Source of the DNA: Chloroflexota bacterium
GTDB lineage: Bacteria; Chloroflexota; UBA11872
Reading direction: 5' to 3'
DNA: 64,000 nucleotides
NCBI GenBank assembly: GCA_965243625.1
Contig: CBDEVI010000002.1
Coordinates: 1,974,525 to 2,038,524 of the forward strand
The position numbers and the translations under genes are program-made. The notes under the pieces are model-generated. The model did no database searches. It worked only from the letters and a program-made list of their open reading frames with translations, and was not told the origin of the DNA. The stretch's first letter is position 1. Each line of letters opens with the position of its first letter. Below are positions 54,097-61,340 of the stretch, piece by piece.

Positions 54097-54990
54097 ATGC
54101 GCCACGCGGCTGAATCGACTCCGACGCCGACCGCGTGGGAGCGGCTCGCCCACGTTCTGACGAATGTCGGGGACCTCTCCTATCGTCGTCGGATCCAAAC
54201 CATTGCGGAGTACCTGGACGCCAAGCCCGAGCACCGCATTCTCGACCTGGGGGCCGGCGAGGGCTTCGTGAGCCTGGCCCTGCGTGAGGCCTTTGGGAGC
54301 CGCATCGTGGCGCTGGACGCCGCGCCGCCGATTCTGCACCAGGGCGTGGATCGCGACGTCCACGGGTCCCGACACGTTTGGCTGCTTGGCGACGGCGCCC
54401 AACTGCCGTTTCGCGACCGGACCTTCGACGGCGTGGTGTGCTCGGAAGTGTTGGAGCACGTGGAGGACGACACCGCCGTGGTGCGTGAGATTGCGCGCGT
54501 GCTCAAGCCCGGCGGCGTCGCCACGCTGACCGTGCCCTGCGCAAACTACCCAGCGCTGTGGGACCCGTTGAATTGGGTGCGTGAGCGGCTTGGGCTGGGG
54601 CACTTCAGCCCGGACTCGGGCTTCTGGGGCGGACTCTGGGCCATGCATCTGCGGCTCTATGGTCCGGATGAGTTTCGGCGGGTGGTTGCCGGCGACGAGC
54701 GCCTGGAAGTGACGCACTTCGAGGGGCTGACGCGATGGTGCCTGCCGTTCAACCACATGCTGCTGTGGACCGGCAAGCAGCTTTACGGGCGATTGCCGGA
54801 ATCTTCGGCGGCCTACCGTTCGATGGAGAAGTTCGATTACGAACGCACGCCGCACCGCCGATTGAGCCTGAACCCGATCACGTGGGGACTGCGACTGATG
54901 CAGGCGATCGATCGCCGCAATGACACGCTGCGGGATCCGTTTGGGCCAAGCACGAATCTGGCCATTCGCGCGGTTAGGAGATCTCCCTAG
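54097..54990 (+). CDS. class I SAM-dependent methyltransferase (Methyltransf_11-like)
   Basis: ILDLGAGEGFVSLAL (motif I), VALDAAP (motif II), FDGVVCSEVLEHV, VLKPGGVATL. Confidence 0.8.
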   Translation: MRHAAESTPTPTAWERLAHVLTNVGDLSYRRRIQTIAEYLDAKPEHRILDLGAGEGFVSLALREAFGSRIVALDAAPPILHQGVDRDVHGSRHVWLLGDGAQLPFRDRTFDGVVCSEVLEHVEDDTAVVREIARVLKPGGVATLTVPCANYPALWDPLNWVRERLGLGHFSPDSGFWGGLWAMHLRLYGPDEFRRVVAGDERLEVTHFEGLTRWCLPFNHMLLWTGKQLYGRLPESSAAYRSMEKFDYERTPHRRLSLNPITWGLRLMQAIDRRNDTLRDPFGPSTNLAIRAVRRSP

Positions 54991-55045
54991 CCAGCGGGCG
55001 GCGAAACAGGGCAGAGATGTCCGCCGGTCTTGCGACGGGGGTCGG

Positions 55046-56194
55046 CTACGTCTGACGGTCCGCAATCTCCGCGAGTTCGCGCTCGGCAATGTCGGCCCAG
55101 TCGAGCGAGCGCACGCGGGCCAGTCCTCGTTCGGCAAGGTCCCGGCGCCCGGTGTCGTCGGCCAGGAGCCCCAAGATCTCGTCGGCAAACGCCGACGCGT
55201 CGCCTCTCGGAACGGCGCGGAAGGCCTCGCCCCAGACTTCCTTGAGCTCTGGCAGATCGAAGGCGATCACCGGCATGCCAAGCGCCATCGCTTCGCCGAT
55301 CGCGATCGCCCAATTCTCTTTGAACGACGGGTGCAGGAATAGCCGCGCGGTGCGAAGGGTGCTGAAGGCCTGGGTGGCATCGAGAATCGGCCCCAAGAAT
55401 TCAATATTGCCCTCGAGACCGAGCGCACGAACTCGCGCCTGGGCGGCCGGCATGTCAATGCCGCCACCAATGACTGCCAGCCTGGCGGTGGGCGACGCCG
55501 CCACGACGAGCTTCCAGGCATCGATGAGCGTGAATATCCCCTTCTCGGCCGAGACGCGCATGAGCGTCGCCGCGTCGAAGCGGCGGGTCTGTGTATCGCG
55601 GTCGATTGCCGCGAGCGTGGAGAGATTCACGCCGCAGGGAACGCCAAGAATGCGCCCCCTTGGGAACCCCAAGCCGATGAGCTGCCGCGTCGTGGCGGGC
55701 GATACGGCGAGCACGCGGTTGGCCCCCAGCGCCGCCACGAGAAGCGACAGCCGCTCGGAAACCAGGAATGCCAAAGATTGGTACCAGTGATGGCCCTCGC
55801 GTTGCCAGAATCTCCATGCCGGGATGTTGTGCGCCACTACCGCCCAGCGCACGCGGCGGCGGTACCAGAGCTTTAGCAGGAACCCAGGCAGGGTGTCGTA
55901 GAGCTGCTCGTTCGCGCTGACGATCACGTCTGGCTGAAGGCGGAGGAGTGATCGCGGAAGCCGCGCGCACACCGTGATGGCGCGCAGCATGAACGACCAC
56001 CGGCTCTCGCCGCCGTGCCAGGCGACAATATGGGGCCGCACCGTGAGGCCACGCCTCTCGAACAAGTCAGTGCTCGCCGCACTACCCATCAGGTGGACCT
56101 CATGGCCGGCGCGCGCCCAATGTCTGGCGACTTCGATGATCCGAATGTCCCCGCCGGCCACGCCGACGGCCTCTTGTCCGGCGATGCCGTTCAC
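55046..56194 (-). CDS. family 4 glycosyltransferase (GT-B)
   Basis: GGDIRIIEVARHWARAGHEVHL...C-terminal EKGIFTLIDAW...HPSFKENWAIAIGEAMALGMPVIA. Confidence 0.8.
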   Translation of the reverse strand: MNGIAGQEAVGVAGGDIRIIEVARHWARAGHEVHLMGSAASTDLFERRGLTVRPHIVAWHGGESRWSFMLRAITVCARLPRSLLRLQPDVIVSANEQLYDTLPGFLLKLWYRRRVRWAVVAHNIPAWRFWQREGHHWYQSLAFLVSERLSLLVAALGANRVLAVSPATTRQLIGLGFPRGRILGVPCGVNLSTLAAIDRDTQTRRFDAATLMRVSAEKGIFTLIDAWKLVVAASPTARLAVIGGGIDMPAAQARVRALGLEGNIEFLGPILDATQAFSTLRTARLFLHPSFKENWAIAIGEAMALGMPVIAFDLPELKEVWGEAFRAVPRGDASAFADEILGLLADDTGRRDLAERGLARVRSLDWADIAERELAEIADRQT

Positions 56195-56648
56195 GATCAG
56201 GAGAATGCGGATGGTTTCGGGCCTTGGCTTTCGCTCGAGCTCGTGAAGCTAGCAGAATGGCAGGGCGCGTCGTGGACGCCGACCACGGCGAATAGTGGTC
56301 GGCCTACCGATCGGCCTGGGTGCTGGACGGGGCAGCGTTGGTACGATGGCGGAAGGAACACCGCCCGCCGGGATGGCATGAGGTTCTCCGGCCATGGGCG
56401 CGTCTATCCAGGCGATGTGCAATTCACCAAATCCCAGGCATCGAGCGCCGCCGCATGCTGCGGGCATGGCCGGCCCGTGGGCCCGTTCGGCGATCGAACC
56501 GTGACGGTGAACGCACGCTGACGGCTCGATTCGGCGCAGTGCCGCGACAGTCCAGATTGCCGTCGCGACGCGCACTCGGCATCTCCGGCGGCGCTGCCGC
56601 GGGAGTGAGCGCTGGACGCGCGATCGGTCCGATTCTGAAACGCCGCCA

Positions 56649-58448
56649 ATGACCACCAAGCCAATCGTCACACTCGGCATCCACGAGGGGCTGATGGCCG
56701 CGGCCGCGCTCGTCGTTGATGGCGAACTCCGCGCCGCATGCGCCGAGGAGCGGCTGACGCGCCACAAGAACCAATCCGGTATCCCCCTGCGTGCGATCGA
56801 ATCCGTGTTGGCTACGGCGGGGCTTTCCATCGACGACGTCAACGTGATCGCGCCGAGCACCCAGGACGCCATCATCCCGACAATTGGCGACGTGCCGACA
56901 TCCGGGGCGACGGAGCGGTTTTTCGATGTTTACGGACTTGGCGGACGCTTGCTTGCGTCGATCGAGCGGCGCTGGCCCGCCAGCCGGGCCCTGACGGCGC
57001 CATCCGACTTCGCCCGACGGCTCGGCCGACCACTGCTCCAGCGCACCCGAGCCGCCGCCGTCAGCGCGGCAACCGGCGTCGATGCGCAGCGGATGGTGTC
57101 CTACGACCACCACTCGTCGCATGTCATGGCGCTGGCGGCAGTAGCCGGTCCCGCGAATCAACTTGTCTTCACGCTGGATGGCGAGGGCGATGGGTTGAGC
57201 GGATCGGTCGCGTGGTACCGCGCCGGACAGCCGCCCGAGCGGATCGGCTCCGTCTCGCGCAATGCTTCGCTCGGGCACATCTATGCCGGCGTGACCGGAC
57301 ACCTGCGCATGAGGTCGCACCAGGACGAATTCAAGGTGATGGGCATGGCGCCATATGCCCACGCCAGCGCCCGCGATGCCTGTCACGACCGACTGCGATC
57401 CCTGCTCCGGGTGGAGCGAGATTCGTCCGGAACGCCCGACATCAAGTCCTCGCGCGGCACGCGCCTCGCGCCGCGCTTCATCGGCGACTACGTGCGAGAT
57501 TTCAGGTTCGACGCCCAGTGCGGGGGCGTGCAGGCACTCTGCGAAGACACCATCGTGGAGTGGACGACCGCTTGGGTGGAGCACGTGGGCCTCGACCGCG
57601 ACGGCGTGGACGTCGGGCTTGGCGGCGGCGTCTTCATGAACGTCAAGGCCAACATGCGAATCGCGCAGCAAGCCTGGGCCAACTCGGTTACTCCGGTCCC
57701 GAGCTGCGGCGATGAGTCGTGCGCCGTCGGCGCGGCCTTCCTGGCATACATGGACGTTTGCGCAGCGGCCGGACGCGACGCGCAGATCCAGCCAGTCAAC
57801 GACCTCTACCTCGGGCCGGCGTGGAGCGACGCCGACATCAAGCGGACCGTCGATCGCGCGAGCTCCGCACACGGCCTCCACGTGGAACACCCGGCGGATA
57901 TTACGGATCGGACTGCCGCGTTGCTGGCCGACGGCCACGTCGTCGCGCGCTTTTGTGGACGCATGGAGTGGGGCGCCCGCGCCCTGGGGAATCGGTCCAT
58001 CCTCGCCGATCCCTCGCGGCACGACAGCGTGCGCGAGATCAACAAGCGCATCAAGAGCCGCGACTTCTGGATGCCCTTCGCCGCCACGATTCTCGACGAG
58101 GCGGCGTCCGCCTATCTGCAGACGCCGCCCGCCCCGACCTCGCCGCACATGATGCTCGCGTTCGACACCATGCCCGAACGCTGGCACGAGATTGCCGCCG
58201 GGACGCATCCCTACGACCGCACCTGCCGGGCCCAGATTCTCGAGCGCCGCGCGAATCCGGAGTATTACCGCCTGATCGAGCGCTTTCGCGATCGCACCGG
58301 AATCGCCGCCGTGCTCAACACCAGCCTCAATTTGCATGGCGACCCGATGGTGAACTCACCGGAAGACGCGCTGCGGACACTCCTCGAAAGCGACCTCGCC
58401 TTTCTAGCTCTCGAGGACTTCCTGATCAGCAAGCCCATCGTCACCTAG
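56649..58448 (+). CDS. carbamoyltransferase (NodU/CmcH/NovN family)
   Basis: IVTLGIHEGLMAAAALVVDGELRAACAEERLTR, HHSSHVMALAA, GGGVFMNVKAN and C-terminal VLNTSLNLHGDPMVNSPEDAL are the hallmark segments of O-carbamoyltransferases. Confidence 0.85.
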   Translation: MTTKPIVTLGIHEGLMAAAALVVDGELRAACAEERLTRHKNQSGIPLRAIESVLATAGLSIDDVNVIAPSTQDAIIPTIGDVPTSGATERFFDVYGLGGRLLASIERRWPASRALTAPSDFARRLGRPLLQRTRAAAVSAATGVDAQRMVSYDHHSSHVMALAAVAGPANQLVFTLDGEGDGLSGSVAWYRAGQPPERIGSVSRNASLGHIYAGVTGHLRMRSHQDEFKVMGMAPYAHASARDACHDRLRSLLRVERDSSGTPDIKSSRGTRLAPRFIGDYVRDFRFDAQCGGVQALCEDTIVEWTTAWVEHVGLDRDGVDVGLGGGVFMNVKANMRIAQQAWANSVTPVPSCGDESCAVGAAFLAYMDVCAAAGRDAQIQPVNDLYLGPAWSDADIKRTVDRASSAHGLHVEHPADITDRTAALLADGHVVARFCGRMEWGARALGNRSILADPSRHDSVREINKRIKSRDFWMPFAATILDEAASAYLQTPPAPTSPHMMLAFDTMPERWHEIAAGTHPYDRTCRAQILERRANPEYYRLIERFRDRTGIAAVLNTSLNLHGDPMVNSPEDALRTLLESDLAFLALEDFLISKPIVT

Positions 58449-58458
58449 GACCGGGACC

Positions 58459-60270
58459 ATGCAACCGACGACCAGCAAGCCAATCGTCACGCTGGGAATC
58501 AATGACGCAGCAGTGGCGGCAGCTGCGCTTGTGGTGGACGGCGAAGTCCGCGCGGCGTGCGCCGAGGAGCGGCTGACGCGCACCAAGAACCAGCTGGGCA
58601 TCCCTCGGCACGCCATCGCGACCGTGCTGGCGACAGAGGGCCTCACGATCTCCGACGTTGACCAGGTGGCGGTCAGCTCGGTCGGGGGGCTCGTCCCGAC
58701 GATGCATGGCACCCCGACGTCTCAGTCAACGCAACGATTCTTCAACATCTATGACACGGCCTTGAACATCCTTGGGTCGATCGAGCGACGCTGGCCCGCG
58801 AGCCGAGCCTTCACGCTCCCGTCCGACATCGCCGCGCGCTGGTTCGGCCGGCGGATGGTCCAGCGGACGCGCGCCGCCGCATTGCTCGAGGCGAGCGGCG
58901 GCGACGCGCGGCGACTGAGGTTCTACGACCATCACACGGCCCATGTGATGGCCCTTGCGCCACTTGCCGCTCCGGGGCCGACGTTGGTGTTCACCCTGGA
59001 TGGTGAGGGTGACGGCTTGAGTGGAAGCGTCTCGTGGTACCGGCACGGTCAGCCGCCCGAGCGGCTTGGCGCGGTGTCCCGCGATGCCTCGCTGGGGCAC
59101 GTTTACGCCGCAGTCACCAGCCATCTGCGAATGCGACCGCACGAAGACGAATTCAAGGTCATGGGCATGGCGCCCTATGCGCACGCCGGCACACGCGATG
59201 AGCTCTACGACCGCCTGCGGTCCCTCCTATGGGTGGAGCGATCACCCGCCGGCCCGCCCAACATCGTGGCTTCGCGCGGGACACGCGTTGCGCCGTGGTT
59301 CATCGGAGACTTCGTGGATGACTTCAGGTTCGATGCCCAATCCGGGGCCGTGCAACGGCTGTGCGAAGAGATCATCCTGCAGTGGACAACCGCCTGGGCG
59401 GAGTATCTCGGCCTCGACCGCGACGGCGTGAACATCGGGCTGGGCGGCGGAGTCTTCATGAACGTCAAGGCCAACATGCGCCTGGCCAACGAGTCCTGGG
59501 TCAAGTCGGTGACGCCGATACCCGGCTGCGGCGACGAGTCGATGGCCGTCGGCGCGGCTTACCTCGGATACATGGACATCTGCGCCGCGGCCGGGCGCCA
59601 GCCGCAGTTTCGGCAAGCCAACCACCTCTACCTTGGGCCGAGCTGGAGCGACGCCGACATCAGGCAGACCGTCGATCGAGCAGCCGGCGAGCACGGGCTG
59701 CGCGTGGAGCGACCCAGGGACATTGCCGACCACACCGCAGCCTTGCTGGCCGACGGCCATGTGGTCGCGCGCTTTCGCGGCCGCATGGAGTGGGGGCCTC
59801 GCGCCCTCGGCAACCGGTCCATCCTCGCCGATCCCTCGCGGCACGACAGCGTGCGCGAGATCAACAAACGCATCAAGAGCCGCGACTTCTGGATGCCCTT
59901 CGCCGCCACGATTCTGGACGAGGCCGCCTCTACCTATTTGCAGTCGCCGCCCGCCCTGACCTCGCCGCACATGATGCTGACCTTTGACACCGTGCCGGAC
60001 CGCTGGCACGAAATCGCCGCCGGGACGCATCCTTACGACCGCACCTGCCGAGCGCAGATCCTGGAGCGCCGAGCGAATCCGGAGTACTACCGTCTGATCG
60101 AGCGCTTTCGCGATCGCACCGGAATCGGCGCCGTGCTCAACACCAGCCTGAACTTGCATGGCGACCCGATGGTGAACTCACCGGACGACGCGCTGCGCAC
60201 GCTCCTCGACAGCGAGCTTGCCTACCTAACGCTCGAGGACTTCCTCATCAGCAAGCCGACGGCCGCGTAG
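58459..60270 (+). CDS. carbamoyltransferase (NodU/CmcH family), tandem paralog
   Basis: About 80% identical at protein level to the upstream gene across the whole length. Confidence 0.85.
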   Translation: MQPTTSKPIVTLGINDAAVAAAALVVDGEVRAACAEERLTRTKNQLGIPRHAIATVLATEGLTISDVDQVAVSSVGGLVPTMHGTPTSQSTQRFFNIYDTALNILGSIERRWPASRAFTLPSDIAARWFGRRMVQRTRAAALLEASGGDARRLRFYDHHTAHVMALAPLAAPGPTLVFTLDGEGDGLSGSVSWYRHGQPPERLGAVSRDASLGHVYAAVTSHLRMRPHEDEFKVMGMAPYAHAGTRDELYDRLRSLLWVERSPAGPPNIVASRGTRVAPWFIGDFVDDFRFDAQSGAVQRLCEEIILQWTTAWAEYLGLDRDGVNIGLGGGVFMNVKANMRLANESWVKSVTPIPGCGDESMAVGAAYLGYMDICAAAGRQPQFRQANHLYLGPSWSDADIRQTVDRAAGEHGLRVERPRDIADHTAALLADGHVVARFRGRMEWGPRALGNRSILADPSRHDSVREINKRIKSRDFWMPFAATILDEAASTYLQSPPALTSPHMMLTFDTVPDRWHEIAAGTHPYDRTCRAQILERRANPEYYRLIERFRDRTGIGAVLNTSLNLHGDPMVNSPDDALRTLLDSELAYLTLEDFLISKPTAA

Positions 60271-61338
60271 CCGGGAAGCCACCGGCACCGCCACTGTGGC
60301 CAGCAGCGCCCAAGCGCCCGTAAGCACGGCCAGAGCCGTCGCGACATCAATCGCGTCCTGAGTCACCGCCGCCGCGGCCGCACCGCCGAGAGGCACCGGC
60401 GCCAAGTACCAGTGGCGCACGGCCGTGACTGCCGCCCGCCAAAGGGCACGCACGACACTCCCAATGCTGGCCATTGCCGCTCGCGGCATGGTGATCAGGA
60501 TCAGAGCCCCACCGGCCAGCACCAGGAATGGGAAGGCCAGCAACGCAGCAGCGCCGGTCGGCGTGAGCCCTCGCAACACCCCGATTGGCACGCCCGCATC
60601 CAGCGGCACACTCAGGTGAACCACCGCCACAAACAGCCAAATCGCCAGCGCGCTCAGACCGATCAGCGCGGTGACTCCGGCTACGAGGCGCCCGTACACG
60701 CGCACCAGCAGCACGGTCGCCATGGCGCCGGCCAGCGCCCCGAGCACGGCCACGCCAGCCGCCACGGCCACCGTCCATTCCTCAATCGCGTCCACCACGG
60801 ATTCCAGATGTCGCACCGGCGGCACTCGCTGAAACATCCGGTGGCCCAACGCCAAAAAGCCCCGCAGCGGCTGCCCCATGATCGTCAGCTGGGTCCGCGC
60901 GGTGGCCTCTCCGATGTCGGCGCCCCGCAGCACCACGCCACCTCCCGGCGCCTCCAATACCCGCACCGCCAGGCGGTAGGCCGCCCGTTCCGTCGGCACC
61001 GGGAACGTGGCGACGTACTTTCGGATCCCCGGCCCCGTCAACTGGAGCCGGTCGGCCCACAGCAGCTGCCCGTCCTGCTCCAGCCGCACCTCCACCAGTG
61101 CCGGCCCCACCACATTCGACGTAGGCTGCGCCTCGAATTCCACGAACAGCTCCGGGCCGGCCTCCGGTCGAAGCTCCTGGCTCAGGCTCCATCCCGGCAG
61201 CAATGGCCCAATGCCGAACGGCTCGCCTTGCACACCGCCAACGATTAACGGCCCCGCCGGCCAGCTCAGCGCCGCCACCACACTGAGAATGGCCAACACC
61301 GCCCAAACGAACGGGGCAAACGGGCGTCGGCGCGCCAT
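60226..61338 (-). CDS. hypothetical membrane protein directly downstream of a GT-C-like gene
   Basis: TM, beta-rich soluble domain, about 6 C-terminal TMs. ATG at 61338 follows the stop at 61341. Paralog architecture of 51110-51832. Confidence 0.45.
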   Translation of the reverse strand: MARRRPFAPFVWAVLAILSVVAALSWPAGPLIVGGVQGEPFGIGPLLPGWSLSQELRPEAGPELFVEFEAQPTSNVVGPALVEVRLEQDGQLLWADRLQLTGPGIRKYVATFPVPTERAAYRLAVRVLEAPGGGVVLRGADIGEATARTQLTIMGQPLRGFLALGHRMFQRVPPVRHLESVVDAIEEWTVAVAAGVAVLGALAGAMATVLLVRVYGRLVAGVTALIGLSALAIWLFVAVVHLSVPLDAGVPIGVLRGLTPTGAAALLAFPFLVLAGGALILITMPRAAMASIGSVVRALWRAAVTAVRHWYLAPVPLGGAAAAAVTQDAIDVATALAVLTGAWALLATVAVPVASRLRGRRLADEEVLER

Positions 61339-61340
61339 CG

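Noticed and set aside
53992-55188. 398-aa minus-strand ORF
   Set aside because: Antisense to the SAM-dependent methyltransferase (54097-54990), which carries clear motifs I and II.
56015-56875. ORFs 56015-56521 (+) and 56249-56875 (-) in the 450-bp gap upstream of the first carbamoyltransferase
   Set aside because: They overlap the GT4 gene antisense and each other. No RBS or motifs. More likely a promoter or leader region.
56424-60159. 637-aa (56424-58337) and 305-aa (59242-60159) minus-strand ORFs, and 57719-58576 on the plus strand
   Set aside because: Antisense or alternate frames of the two carbamoyltransferase genes. They are duplicated because the genes are duplicated.
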